In this document: in pieces, positions 28,488 to 38,592 of the stretch | Layout: the number at the start of each line of letters is the position of its first letter | Numbering within the stretch: the stretch's first letter is position 1 | NCBI GenBank assembly: GCA_947630105.1 | Contig: CANRGD010000003.1 | Span: 234-64,233, forward strand | From: an uncultured Bacilli bacterium | GTDB taxonomy: Bacteria; Bacillota_I; Bacilli_A; RF39; UBA660 | Direction: 5' to 3' | Length of the DNA stretch: 64,000 bases | Made by a program: the position numbers and the translations under genes | Notes under the pieces: model-generated | Databases searched by the model: none | What the model saw: the letters and a program-made list of their open reading frames with translations, nothing else | What the model was told of the DNA's origin: nothing

Positions 28488-30806
28488 ATGAGTAAAATGA
28501 AAGATTTTCTAAAGAAAAATATAAATTTAATTATAGCAATATTTATTATGTTTCAACCCTTTCTTGATTTATTAACAGGATTATGGGTTCATTTATTCTC
28601 TTTTAATTTAACTTTAGGTATAATAATTAAAATATTATTTTTATTATTTATTATGTATGTAACATTATTTATATTTAAACAAAAAAAAGTATTAATACCA
28701 TATCTATTTATTGGCATTTATTTTATTTTATATATTATAAATATTTTAATATTTAAATCAGGTCAAAATCTTTTTGGTGAAATACAAGGATTAATAAAAT
28801 GTTTTTATTTTCCCTTACTATTATGTTCTTTATATTATTTAAAAGATAATATAAAAATTAGTAAAATGACCTTAGTAACAACATTATTTATTTATTTAAC
28901 ATGTATTTTTGTCCCTTTAATATTTAATGTTGGCTATAAAACCTATGAAATTACAAAAGCTGGAACACTAGGTTTTTATAATTCAGCAAATGAAATAAGT
29001 GGAATTATTTCTATCTTAACCCCTTTAATGATTTTAATTTTTACTCAAAAAAATTCTTCTCTTTTTAAAATGATATTAGGAATAGTATATTTAATAGTTA
29101 TTTTAACTGTGGGAACTAAAACACCATTACTATCATTAGCTATAACTATTTTCTTTGCTATATTATATTTATGGATAAAGAGTATAAAAAAACACTTCTA
29201 CAAGCCCATAATAATATCTCTTTTATTTTTTATAATAGCAACAACTTTTCTTGTCCTAATAATTCCTACCACAAATTTTTATAAAAACATAGAAACTCAT
29301 CTTGATTATCTAGAATTAGATAATATAACAGAAGTGTTTACTGATGAAAAATTAGTTGATCATTTTATATTTAGTCAACGTTTAACATTTTTAAAGAAAA
29401 AAGCTGCTATTTATAAAAAATCTCCGCTATATCAAAAATTAACAGGAATAGGATACTATAAAAAAACAAAAGAAATAAAAATGATTGAAATGGATTATTT
29501 TGATATTTATTTTTCTCACGGATTAATAGGCTTTTTAGTTGTTTTTTCTATTTTAATAATTTATTTAGCTAAACTTTATAAACTAAAAGGAACGTTAACT
29601 TTTACTAATTATATGCTCGGAATAAGTTGTTTACTAATTATCTTTTTATCTTTCTTTACTGGCCATATAATAACAGCTCCATCAGTAAGTTTAATTGCCA
29701 CAATAATTATATTATCACTTGCTCCAAGACCAAAAAAAGATCTTTTATTTACAGGCGTCAATATGAAAATAGGAGGTATTGAAAAAGCCCAATTAAACTT
29801 ATTAAATAAAATTAATTATAATAAATATAATGTTGTTTTACTATTAGAAGAAAAAACAGGCATTTTATTAAAAGATTTAAGTAAAAATATTTTAGTACGA
29901 GAATTAAAAGTTAGTGAAAATAAAAATATTATTTTTAGAAAGTTTATAAATTTTTATCGAAAATTAATATTTACTATTTTTAATTATCATAATTATGATT
30001 TTAGTTGCTGTTATACAACATATAGTTATAGTTCTAATAAATTAGCAAGATTAGCATCCTTAAATAATTCAATCTATATACATAGTAATTATGAACATTT
30101 ATATACCAAAGACAAATACCTAGAATTTTTTAATTCTAGAAGTATAAGTAGTTTTCATCATATTATTTTTGTATCAGCTGAAGCAGCCGCTTATTTTACT
30201 AAATTATATCCAACCCTAAAAGAAAAAATAAAAGTATTTAATAATTTCGTAGATATAAAGCAACTTATTTTAAAAAGTAAAGAACATATTCCCCTAAAAC
30301 ATCCATCTAATAAAAAATTATTAGTATTTGTTGGTAGACTAGATGATTCAGCTAAAAAATTACAAAGAGCCATCAATATTGCTAAAAATATAAAAAATAT
30401 AGAATTATGGATTATAGGTTCTGGACCCGATGAAAAAAATTATAAAAGCTATGTTCAGTCTAATAAAATTAATAATGTTAAATTTTTAGGAGAACAAGCT
30501 AATCCTTATCCTTATATGAGTATAGCTGATTATTTAATTTTAACTTCTGAGTATGAAGGATTCCCAGTTGTTTATCTAGAAGGTATTGTTTTAAATAAAC
30601 CCTTTATAACCACTATTGATGTAAGTGATGATTATATTAACATAGGTAAAGATTATGCTTATATCATTCCAAAAGATGAAACAAAATTAAAAATTAAAAT
30701 AGAAAAAATATTATCTTTAACTCCTAAAAAAATTAATATAAATTTAGATAGTATTCAAACTAAAAGATTAGCCGCATTAGAAAAAATATTTGATGAGGTG
30801 ATATAA
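28488..30806 (+). CDS. Fusion protein: O-antigen ligase/polymerase-like (Wzy_C-type) polytopic membrane domain plus C-terminal GT4-family (GT-B) glycosyltransferase
   Basis: ~400-aa N-terminal half with >=10 TM helices. C-terminal LLVFVGRLDDSAKK...ELWIIGSGPDE...LILTSEYEGFPVVYLEGI (GT4 E-x7-E region). An alternative start at ATG 28497 is possible. Confidence 0.65.
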   Translation: MSKMKDFLKKNINLIIAIFIMFQPFLDLLTGLWVHLFSFNLTLGIIIKILFLLFIMYVTLFIFKQKKVLIPYLFIGIYFILYIINILIFKSGQNLFGEIQGLIKCFYFPLLLCSLYYLKDNIKISKMTLVTTLFIYLTCIFVPLIFNVGYKTYEITKAGTLGFYNSANEISGIISILTPLMILIFTQKNSSLFKMILGIVYLIVILTVGTKTPLLSLAITIFFAILYLWIKSIKKHFYKPIIISLLFFIIATTFLVLIIPTTNFYKNIETHLDYLELDNITEVFTDEKLVDHFIFSQRLTFLKKKAAIYKKSPLYQKLTGIGYYKKTKEIKMIEMDYFDIYFSHGLIGFLVVFSILIIYLAKLYKLKGTLTFTNYMLGISCLLIIFLSFFTGHIITAPSVSLIATIIILSLAPRPKKDLLFTGVNMKIGGIEKAQLNLLNKINYNKYNVVLLLEEKTGILLKDLSKNILVRELKVSENKNIIFRKFINFYRKLIFTIFNYHNYDFSCCYTTYSYSSNKLARLASLNNSIYIHSNYEHLYTKDKYLEFFNSRSISSFHHIIFVSAEAAAYFTKLYPTLKEKIKVFNNFVDIKQLILKSKEHIPLKHPSNKKLLVFVGRLDDSAKKLQRAINIAKNIKNIELWIIGSGPDEKNYKSYVQSNKINNVKFLGEQANPYPYMSIADYLILTSEYEGFPVVYLEGIVLNKPFITTIDVSDDYINIGKDYAYIIPKDETKLKIKIEKILSLTPKKININLDSIQTKRLAALEKIFDEVI

Positions 30807-31726
30807 TGCCAACATTTAGTATTATTGTACCTGTATATAATGTTGAAAAATATATTGACAGATGTTTAAAAAGTATTGTGAATCAAAGCTATAGTGATTA
30901 TGAAATAATTGTTATAAATGATGGCTCTGAAGATAACTCTATAGACATAGCTAAAAAATATCCTATTAAGTTAATAAATCAAAAAAATAGTGGCTTAAGT
31001 GCAGCTAGAAATGCTGGAATAAAAAAAGCTACTGGCAAATATTTAATATTTATAGATAGTGATGATTTTATAGAAAAAGATCTTTTAAAAAATATTTCTA
31101 AAAGTTTAGAAAATAGTCCTGATTTAGTTCGCTTTCAAATTCAAACAATTGATGAAAATAATAATATAAAAAAATTTCCTGAAAAATCTTTTTCTAATAA
31201 AAATGGAGTAGAGGCCTTTCAACAAATTGTATCTTTCCACTTTGTTGAAAGTGCTTGGTGCTATGCTTATAAAAGAAATTTTTTTGAACAAGAAAAATTT
31301 TCTTTTAAAAAAGGAACAGTACATGAAGATTATGGCTTAGTTCCTTTAATTATTATGAAAGCTAAAATTGTAAATTCCATTTCTTATATAGGATATAATT
31401 ATTTTAAACGAAGTGGAAGTATAATGACTAAAAATGACTATTCCTATACTAAAAAGAAAGTAGAAGATTTTTATAATCATTATCAATATTTAATTAAAGA
31501 AATAAATAAAACATCTTTAGATAGTAAAATATTTAAAAGTTATGCTGCCAATAGTGTTATTTTAAAAATATGTGAGTTAAATAATTTCGATTATAAACTA
31601 TATAAAAAGAAATTAAACAAAGATAAGGTTTTTAATAATCTTTTAACAGATTCTTATCTAAGAAAAATCAAAAAAATATTATTACAAATAAGTCCAAAAA
31701 TGTTTTATAAATATATAGCTAAATAA
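30806..31726 (+). CDS. Family 2 glycosyltransferase
   Basis: FSIIVPVYNVEKYIDRCLKSIVNQSY...IVINDGSEDNS...FIDSDD. TAATG overlap with the upstream gene. Confidence 0.85.
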   Translation: MPTFSIIVPVYNVEKYIDRCLKSIVNQSYSDYEIIVINDGSEDNSIDIAKKYPIKLINQKNSGLSAARNAGIKKATGKYLIFIDSDDFIEKDLLKNISKSLENSPDLVRFQIQTIDENNNIKKFPEKSFSNKNGVEAFQQIVSFHFVESAWCYAYKRNFFEQEKFSFKKGTVHEDYGLVPLIIMKAKIVNSISYIGYNYFKRSGSIMTKNDYSYTKKKVEDFYNHYQYLIKEINKTSLDSKIFKSYAANSVILKICELNNFDYKLYKKKLNKDKVFNNLLTDSYLRKIKKILLQISPKMFYKYIAK

Positions 31727-31744
31727 CAAATTATGAGGTGTAAA

Positions 31745-32719
31745 ATGAATTTAGCCAAGAAAAAAGATTTAATATCCATTATTGTACCTTGTTATAATGA
31801 AGAAGAAACTATTCCTATTTTTTATAATGAAATAAACAAAATTTCCAAAGAAATGAAACCAGTAAATTTTGAATTTTTATTTATTAATGATGGAAGTAAA
31901 GATAATACTCTTTCTATATTGAAACACTTAGCTCATACTGATAAAAGAGTTAGGTTTATATCTTTTTCTAGAAATTTTGGAAAAGAAGCAGGAATATATG
32001 CGGGTCTTAAAAATAGTAGGGGGGATTATGTTGCTATCATGGATGTTGATATGCAAGATCCTCCTGCAATGATTCCCAAAATGTATCAAGATATAAAAGA
32101 AACTAAATATGATTGCATAGCTTTATATACAAAGTCCCATGCTGATTATTCTTTTGTTAGAAAAAAATTTACTCAGTGGTGGTACAAATTAATTAAAACA
32201 TTATCTAAAACTAAACAAATGCCTGGAGCTAGAGATTTTAGATTAATGACAAGACAAATGGTAGAAGCTATAACATCCCTATCAGAATATAACCGTTATA
32301 CTAAAGGAATGTTTGGTTTTATTGGTTTTGAAACTAAGTGGATTGCCTATGATACCCCTAACAGAATTAAAGGAAAATCTAAATTTAGTCTAAGAAAATT
32401 AATTAAATATGCTATGGAAGGTATTATTGCTTTTTCAACTACACCATTAATAATTGCTGCATATATTGGCTTGTTTTTCTGCTTAGTAGCTTTTTTAGCC
32501 ATAATAATTATCATAACAAAAACTTTAATTTGGGGAGATCCTGTTACAGGTTGGCCATCTCTTGCTTGTTTAATTGTATTTATAGGAGGTCTTCAATTAT
32601 TCTTCTTTGGAATAATGGGAATTTACTTATCTAAAATATATTTAGAAGTAAAACATAGACCTATTTATATAACTAAAGAAACAGAAAAAGGTAGTGAAAA
32701 TTATGAAAACAAATGTTGA
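31745..32719 (+). CDS. GtrB/DPM1-like polyprenyl-phosphate glycosyltransferase (GT2 with two C-terminal TM helices)
   Basis: ISIIVPCYNEEETI...INDGSKDNT...MDVDMQDPP plus two C-terminal TM helices. Start at ATG 31745 after GAGGTG. Confidence 0.8.
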   Translation: MNLAKKKDLISIIVPCYNEEETIPIFYNEINKISKEMKPVNFEFLFINDGSKDNTLSILKHLAHTDKRVRFISFSRNFGKEAGIYAGLKNSRGDYVAIMDVDMQDPPAMIPKMYQDIKETKYDCIALYTKSHADYSFVRKKFTQWWYKLIKTLSKTKQMPGARDFRLMTRQMVEAITSLSEYNRYTKGMFGFIGFETKWIAYDTPNRIKGKSKFSLRKLIKYAMEGIIAFSTTPLIIAAYIGLFFCLVAFLAIIIIITKTLIWGDPVTGWPSLACLIVFIGGLQLFFFGIMGIYLSKIYLEVKHRPIYITKETEKGSENYENKC

Positions 32720-33656
32720 TATAAGTATTATAGTGCCTGCTTATAATGCTTCTTCAAGTATAAAAAAATGCCTAGAGTCATTAATAAATCAAACAAAAAA
32801 AGAGTTAGAATTTATAATTATTAATGATGGATCAACAGATGATACAGAAAAAAAAGTTAAAGAATTTACTGATCTAAGAATTAAATATTTTAAAAATAAA
32901 AATCAAGGAATAGGTAAAAGTAGAAATATTGGTATTGAAAAAGCAACGGGTAAATATATTATGTTTGTTGACAGCGATGATTATTTAGAATTAACAGCTT
33001 GTGAAAAATTATTTAATAAAGCAAAAAAAGATAAATTAGATATCGTAGTATGCGATTTTTATTGTGTTAATGAAAATAAAATAAAAGAAGAAAAATTAAT
33101 ATCTTTTTCCAATACAACATTAAAAGAAACTCCAAATCTTATAAATAACATAAATTTATCTCCATGGAATAAAATATATAGAGCATCTTTAATAAAAACA
33201 AATAATATAAAATTTATTGAAGATTTAAAATATGAAGATGCTCCCTTTGTTATTATCGCTTTAGATAAAGCACAAAAAATAGGTAAAATTAATGAATGTT
33301 TAAATTATTATATTATTCATAAAAATAGTGAAACAACAATAAGAGATAAAAAAGTTTTTGATATTTTAAAAATTCTAAATATTATAAGAACTTCTTTAAA
33401 AAATAAACCATATTTAGCAGAAGATTTAAATAAATTAACTGTAAGAATTATTACAAATTATACGATTCAACAACGCGTTCAACAAGATAAAGACATTAAA
33501 TTAAAATTTATTAATGCTGCTTTTAACTATCTAAAAAAAGAAGTTCCCGATTACAAAAAAAATAAGTATTTTAAAAATAGAAATTTTTTCCAAAAAACAA
33601 TTGAAAGAAGTAAATTGTTAACAATAATATATTGTTCCTTATATAGAAATAAATAA
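32703..33656 (+). CDS. Family 2 glycosyltransferase
   Basis: ISIIVPAYNASSSIKKCLESLINQT...IIINDGSTDDT...FVDSDD. Overlaps the previous gene's end. Confidence 0.85.
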   Translation: MKTNVDISIIVPAYNASSSIKKCLESLINQTKKELEFIIINDGSTDDTEKKVKEFTDLRIKYFKNKNQGIGKSRNIGIEKATGKYIMFVDSDDYLELTACEKLFNKAKKDKLDIVVCDFYCVNENKIKEEKLISFSNTTLKETPNLINNINLSPWNKIYRASLIKTNNIKFIEDLKYEDAPFVIIALDKAQKIGKINECLNYYIIHKNSETTIRDKKVFDILKILNIIRTSLKNKPYLAEDLNKLTVRIITNYTIQQRVQQDKDIKLKFINAAFNYLKKEVPDYKKNKYFKNRNFFQKTIERSKLLTIIYCSLYRNK

Positions 33657-33740
33657 AATAAAATAAAATTCATTTCTTTACAAGCTTATAATTAAGATAT
33701 ATAATAAAAAAGAATAACTAAAATGAAGGGGAGTTTATTT

Positions 33741-35453
33741 ATGAAAAAAAGATATGTTTTATTATTTTTATTAATTATGCTATTAACATTTCAAAAAGTT
33801 AATGCTCAAACATTAAATGGCTTAGTAAAAATTAATAATAATTATTATTACTATATTAATAATGTAAAGCAACAAGGCTTTCAAACAATAAATGGAAAAA
33901 CTTATTTCTTTAGTAGAGTAAATGATCATGCTATGCGTACTGGAATATTCGCCATAGATGGGTATTATTATAATTTTAATAATGAAGGAGTAATGCAAAC
34001 TGGCTGGTACCAAAGTGATGGCAAAAAATACTATTTTGATACTAACGGAAGACGAATATCGGGTTTTAAAAATATAGATGGAGAAACGTACTTTTTCAGT
34101 CGTGTAAATAGTAACGATATGCGTACAGGAATATTTGCCATAGATGGGTATTATTATAACTTTAATAATGAAGGAGTAATGCAAACTGGCTGGTATCAAA
34201 GTGGTGGTAAAAAATATTATTTTGATACTAACGGAAGACGAGTATCAGGCTTTAAAACTATAGAAGGAAAAACATACTTTTTCAGTCGTGTAAATAGTAA
34301 TGATATGCGTACTGGAATATTTGCCATAGATGGGTATTATTATAACTTTAATAATGAAGGAGTAATGCAAACAGGCTGGTATCAAAGTGATGGTAAAAAA
34401 TATTATTTTGATCCTAACGGAAGACGAGTAGCAGGCTTTAAAACCATAGAAGGAAAAACATATTTTTTCAGTCGTGTAAATAATAATGATATGCGTACAG
34501 GAATATTTGCCATAGATGGCTATTACTATAACTTTAATAATGAAGGAGTAATGCAAACAGGTTGGTACCAAAGTGGTGGTAAAAAATATTATTTTGATAC
34601 TAACGGAAGACGAGTATCAGGTTTTAAAACCATAGAAGGAAAAACATATTTTTTCAGTCGTGTAAATAGTAACGATATGCGTACTGGAATATTCGCCATA
34701 GATGGCTATTATTATAACTTCAACAATGAAGGAGTAATGCAAACAGGCTGGTATCAAAGTGATGGCAAAAAATACTATTTTGATACTAACGGAAGACGAG
34801 TATCAGGTTTTAAAACCATAGATGGAAAAACATACTTTTTCAGTCGTGTAAATAGTAATGATATGCGCACTGGAAAAATAATAATTGACAATTTAATTTA
34901 TTATTTTGACAATAATGGAGTATTACAAACAAATATAAAGAAACCAATTTATTATAGTCAAAAAGATTCAAGATGGCAGTTTACTACTTTTGGTTTAGGC
35001 AATATGAAAAATACTGGGTGTGCCCCAACTGCTTTAGCAATGGCTTTTTCAACTTTGTTAAATAAAACAATATTACCTACAGATGTGGCATCATACTTAT
35101 TTTACAATACTAGAGAATTTAATCGTTCAACTGCAGGGGCAAGTGGTTTAGCAGTTCAATATGCCGCTAATTATTATGGAGTAAAATGGCAAGGCCTTAA
35201 TTCCTTAAGTCAAGTAAAAGAAGCTTTAAAAAATGGTAAAATTGTTTTTGCTAATGTTGGTCCTGGAAAATTTACAAAACCAAATTTAACTCACTCAATT
35301 ATAATATATGATTTATTAAATGAATATACAGAAGCATATGACCCCTACAATATAAACAATAATGGTGTTGTATCTATAGATTTAGTCTGGGCACAAAGAA
35401 GTTTTTCAACTTATGATTTAAAAGGAGGCTATGTATTCTATGCACTTGGATAA
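33741..35453 (+). CDS. Secreted cell-wall-binding-repeat protein with C-terminal C39-like (papain-fold) cysteine peptidase domain
   Basis: Signal peptide (…FQKVNA/QT). Six 62-aa glucan/choline-binding-type repeat units (GKTYFFSRVN..MRTGIFAIDGYYYNFNNEGVMQTGWYQS.GKKYYFD.NGRR). C-terminal YYSQKDSRWQ...GCAPTALAMAFS with a later HSIIIYD. Confidence 0.75.
   Translation: MKKRYVLLFLLIMLLTFQKVNAQTLNGLVKINNNYYYYINNVKQQGFQTINGKTYFFSRVNDHAMRTGIFAIDGYYYNFNNEGVMQTGWYQSDGKKYYFDTNGRRISGFKNIDGETYFFSRVNSNDMRTGIFAIDGYYYNFNNEGVMQTGWYQSGGKKYYFDTNGRRVSGFKTIEGKTYFFSRVNSNDMRTGIFAIDGYYYNFNNEGVMQTGWYQSDGKKYYFDPNGRRVAGFKTIEGKTYFFSRVNNNDMRTGIFAIDGYYYNFNNEGVMQTGWYQSGGKKYYFDTNGRRVSGFKTIEGKTYFFSRVNSNDMRTGIFAIDGYYYNFNNEGVMQTGWYQSDGKKYYFDTNGRRVSGFKTIDGKTYFFSRVNSNDMRTGKIIIDNLIYYFDNNGVLQTNIKKPIYYSQKDSRWQFTTFGLGNMKNTGCAPTALAMAFSTLLNKTILPTDVASYLFYNTREFNRSTAGASGLAVQYAANYYGVKWQGLNSLSQVKEALKNGKIVFANVGPGKFTKPNLTHSIIIYDLLNEYTEAYDPYNINNNGVVSIDLVWAQRSFSTYDLKGGYVFYALG
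33876..34940 (+). repeat. Tandem 186-bp coding repeats (about 6 units, >90% nucleotide identity by eye)
   Basis: The unit GGxTTTAAAAxxATAGAxGGAxAAACxTAxTTTTTCAGTCGTGTAAATAGTAA... recurs every 186 nt. Confidence 0.85.
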
Positions 35454-37641
35454 AAAAATTGTAAAAATAGCTTTAACTATTTTTGCAATAAATTTAATTT
35501 TATTAACATTTCAAAAAGTCAATGCTCAAACATTAAATGGCTTAGTAAAAATTAATAATAATTATTATTACTATATTAATAATGTAAAGCAACAAGGCTT
35601 TCAAACAATAAATGGAAAAACTTATTTCTTTAGTAGAGTAAATGATCATGCTATGCGTACTGGAATATTCGCAATAGATGGGTATTATTATAACTTTAAT
35701 AATGAAGGAGTAATGCAAACTGGCTGGTACCAAAGTGGTGGTAAAAAATATTATTTTGATACTAACGGAAGACGAGTATCGGGTTTTAAAAATATAGACG
35801 GAAAAACATATTTTTTCAGTCGTGTAAATAGTAACGATATGCGCACTGGAATATTTGCCATAGATGGTTATTACTATAACTTCAACAATGAAGGCATAAT
35901 GCAAACTGGCTGGTACCAAAGTAATGGTAAAAAATATTATTTTGATACTAACGGAAAAAGAGTATCAGGTTTTAAAACCATAGAAGGAAAAACATATTTT
36001 TTCAGTCGTGTAAATAGTAACGATATGCGTACTGGAATATTTGCGATAGATGGCTATTATTATAACTTCAACAATGAAGGAGTAATGCAAACTGGCTGGT
36101 ACCAAAGTAATGGTAAAAAATATTATTTTGATCCTAACGGAAGACGAGTAACAGGTTTTAAAACCATAGATGGAGAAACGTACTTTTTCAGTCGTGTAAA
36201 TAATAATGATATGCGTACCGGTACATTTGCCATAGATGGAACAACTTATACTTTTTTAGAAAATGGTGTTATGGTTAAAGGTTGGTACAAAAAAGGAAAC
36301 AATACATACTACTATAATCAAAAAGGTCTAAAAGTATCAGGCTTTCAAACCATAGATGGAAAAACTTATTTTTTTAGTAGAGTAAATGATCACGCTATGC
36401 GCACAGGCTTTTTTGCGATAGATGGGTATTATTATTACTTTAATAATGAAGGAGTAATGCAAACTGGTAAACAATATGTAAATAATGGTGAAAGATATTT
36501 TTCTCCTAATGGAAAAATGCAAACCGGCATAGTTTCAATAAATGGCAAAAAATATTTTTATAATACTAATGGTATTTTAAGCTATGGTTTTCAAAAAATT
36601 AATGGAAAAACCTATTTCTTCAGTCGAGTAGATGATCATGCTATGCGCACAGGCTTTTTTGCGATAGATGGGTATTATTATTACTTTACAGCTGATGGAG
36701 TTATGCAAGTAGGTTTTCAAACAGTTAATGGCTTAAAAAGATTTTTTAGTAGAATTGATGGAAAAATGCGAGTATCATGGGTATCTATTGATGGTTACAA
36801 ATATTATTTTGATCCTAGTACTGGTCAAATGATAACAGGTGAACAAACTATTGATGATGTTAAATATTATTTTAATTCTGATGGAAAATTAAAAGATGGT
36901 TTCGTATCAGATAGTAAAGGAAATACCTATTATTATTTTATAGATGGAACAAAAGCAACTGGCTGGGTACGAATCCAAGGCGAAAAATATTATTTCAATA
37001 ATAATGGTATTATGATTGGCAAGAATTTAAAAAAAATAATTGACATTTCTTCACACCAAGGTCAAATTGATTGGGATACAGTAAAAGCCAAAGGTGATAT
37101 TGATGGTGTAATTGTTCGAGTTGCATCTAGTTTTAATAGTGTAGACAGTATAGATAGTCAATTTGCTCGTAATATAAGCGAATTAAATAGATTAAAAATA
37201 CCATATGGAATATATCTATATAGCTATGCTGAAGATAAAATAAGTACAGTAAATGGTCTTGGAACTATGCATGAAGGAGCATTAGATGCTAGAATAATAA
37301 TTAATTCTATAAAAAAATATAATGTAAAACTTACTTATCCTATATATTATGATTTAGAAGTTTGGGAAACTGGCAAAAATAGACTTTGGAATTCTACAAT
37401 TTATAAACCTATAATTGATGCATTTGATAAAGAAATGAAAAATGCTGGATACAACTGGCAAATATATACAAATAAAAATTGGGCTTTAACTGCCTTAATA
37501 AATTATACAAATAAAATTACTTGGATAGCCCAATGGAGTAATAACTGTGATTATCCATATAATTATAATATATGGCAATACACTTCTTCAGGAAGTATAC
37601 CTGGAATTTCTGGTAGAGTAGATATTAACGTTGGATTTTAA
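35440..37641 (+). CDS. Secreted cell-wall-binding-repeat protein with C-terminal GH25 muramidase (lysozyme) domain
   Basis: Same signal-peptide/repeat module as the upstream gene, then more diverged repeats. C-terminal IIDISSHQGQIDWDTVKAKGDIDGVIVRV...YLYSYA...YYDLE GH25 motifs. The ATG at 35431 is an alternative start. Confidence 0.8.
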   Translation: MHLDKKIVKIALTIFAINLILLTFQKVNAQTLNGLVKINNNYYYYINNVKQQGFQTINGKTYFFSRVNDHAMRTGIFAIDGYYYNFNNEGVMQTGWYQSGGKKYYFDTNGRRVSGFKNIDGKTYFFSRVNSNDMRTGIFAIDGYYYNFNNEGIMQTGWYQSNGKKYYFDTNGKRVSGFKTIEGKTYFFSRVNSNDMRTGIFAIDGYYYNFNNEGVMQTGWYQSNGKKYYFDPNGRRVTGFKTIDGETYFFSRVNNNDMRTGTFAIDGTTYTFLENGVMVKGWYKKGNNTYYYNQKGLKVSGFQTIDGKTYFFSRVNDHAMRTGFFAIDGYYYYFNNEGVMQTGKQYVNNGERYFSPNGKMQTGIVSINGKKYFYNTNGILSYGFQKINGKTYFFSRVDDHAMRTGFFAIDGYYYYFTADGVMQVGFQTVNGLKRFFSRIDGKMRVSWVSIDGYKYYFDPSTGQMITGEQTIDDVKYYFNSDGKLKDGFVSDSKGNTYYYFIDGTKATGWVRIQGEKYYFNNNGIMIGKNLKKIIDISSHQGQIDWDTVKAKGDIDGVIVRVASSFNSVDSIDSQFARNISELNRLKIPYGIYLYSYAEDKISTVNGLGTMHEGALDARIIINSIKKYNVKLTYPIYYDLEVWETGKNRLWNSTIYKPIIDAFDKEMKNAGYNWQIYTNKNWALTALINYTNKITWIAQWSNNCDYPYNYNIWQYTSSGSIPGISGRVDINVGF
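35596..37010 (+). repeat. Tandem cell-wall-binding coding repeats (first ~4 units of the 186-bp type, then degenerate units)
   Basis: 35501-35800 is near-identical to 33781-34080 (offset 1720 nt). The period is 186 nt up to ~36240. Confidence 0.8.
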
Positions 37642-37643
37642 TT

Positions 37644-37666
37644 AGACCTAATTAAGGTCTTTTTTC
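37644..37666 (+). terminator. Rho-independent terminator
   Basis: AGACCT / AGGTCT stem with a 5-nt loop and T5. Confidence 0.6.
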
Positions 37667-37694
37667 TTATAATATCGAAATAATACTAAAGAAT

Positions 37695-37724
37695 TTGACT
37701 GTTTTATTTTCATTATGCTATAAT
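37695..37724 (+). promoter_or_regulatory. SigA-type promoter (TTGACT - 18 bp - TATAAT)
   Basis: Hexamers read directly upstream of the ABC exporter genes. Confidence 0.55.
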
Positions 37725-37765
37725 TTTTATTGATATATATATAAAGAATGAGAGTGATAAACATA

Positions 37766-38578
37766 ATGCAAAGTATTAAAAATATTTTAAATAATTTTAA
37801 AAGATATAAATTTTTAATGGGACAATTAATTTTAAGAGACTTTAAAGTTAAATATAAAAGATCAGTTTTAGGAGTTATCTGGAGTTTATTATATCCTATA
37901 TTAATGATGGCAGTTATGGCATTAGTTTTTTCGCAAATGTTTAGATTTAATGTAGAAGGAGTTAATTATCTAGTCTATTTACTTACTGGTATTATTATGT
38001 TTCAATATTTTAGTGAAGCTTCTAATAATGCTATGACATCAATAGTCTTTAATTTTGGTCTTTTAAATAAAGTATATATACCAAAATATATTTTCCCATT
38101 AGCAAAGTGTATTTTTGTTGGAATAAATTTTGTATTAACTTTAATTCCTTGGATAATAATTATTATTATAACTCAATTTGGATTAGGAACTTATCCCGCA
38201 TCAATAAATATATACTACTTAATAATTCCATATATATTTTTATGCCTATTCCTATTCACTGTTGGCATAGGATTATTTTTATCATGCGTTTCTGTATTTT
38301 TACGTGATGTTTTTTACATATATGGAATAATTTTGACTATTTGGCAATATTTTACTCCTATTTTTTATAGTATAGAAATATTACCTCAGAAACTACAAAT
38401 GCTTTTTAATTTTAACCCTCTTTATCAATATATAACTGCAGTAAGAACAATAGTGCTTTATGGTCAATGCCCATCACTATCTAATTTAGGTATTTGTGCA
38501 TTATTTTCTATTGGAATGCTATTAATTGGAATTATTGTTTTCAAAAAAAATCAAGACAAATTTATATATTATATTTAA
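37766..38578 (+). CDS. ABC-2 type polysaccharide/teichoic-acid export permease (TagG/Wzm-like)
   Basis: Six TM helices. N-terminal LILRDFKVKYKRSVLGVIWSLL motif typical of ABC-2 permeases. Start at ATG 37766. Confidence 0.85.
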   Translation: MQSIKNILNNFKRYKFLMGQLILRDFKVKYKRSVLGVIWSLLYPILMMAVMALVFSQMFRFNVEGVNYLVYLLTGIIMFQYFSEASNNAMTSIVFNFGLLNKVYIPKYIFPLAKCIFVGINFVLTLIPWIIIIIITQFGLGTYPASINIYYLIIPYIFLCLFLFTVGIGLFLSCVSVFLRDVFYIYGIILTIWQYFTPIFYSIEILPQKLQMLFNFNPLYQYITAVRTIVLYGQCPSLSNLGICALFSIGMLLIGIIVFKKNQDKFIYYI

Positions 38579-38592
38579 TTAGGAGTGATTTT

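Noticed and set aside
33822-35919. Three 108-125-aa antisense ORFs (33822-34199, 34245-34571, 35542-35919) and 36337-36522 inside the wall-binding repeat arrays.
   Set aside because: They are open only because the 186-bp repeat happens to lack stops on the reverse strand, and this is then copied in each unit. There are no start or RBS signals. The sense-strand repeat protein is clearly real.
33876-37010. Regular 186-bp tandem repeats, considered as a CRISPR array or satellite.
   Set aside because: There is no repeat/unique-spacer alternation. The units are contiguous, in frame, and encode a recognisable 62-aa wall-binding repeat.
38494-38592. 99-nt 5' extension of the TagH-like ORF, and the 38107-38307 ORF in an alternative frame of the permease gene.
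   Set aside because: Both overlap the TagG-like CDS out of frame. The ATPase has a proper AGGAGTG RBS and ATG at 38593, directly after the permease stop.
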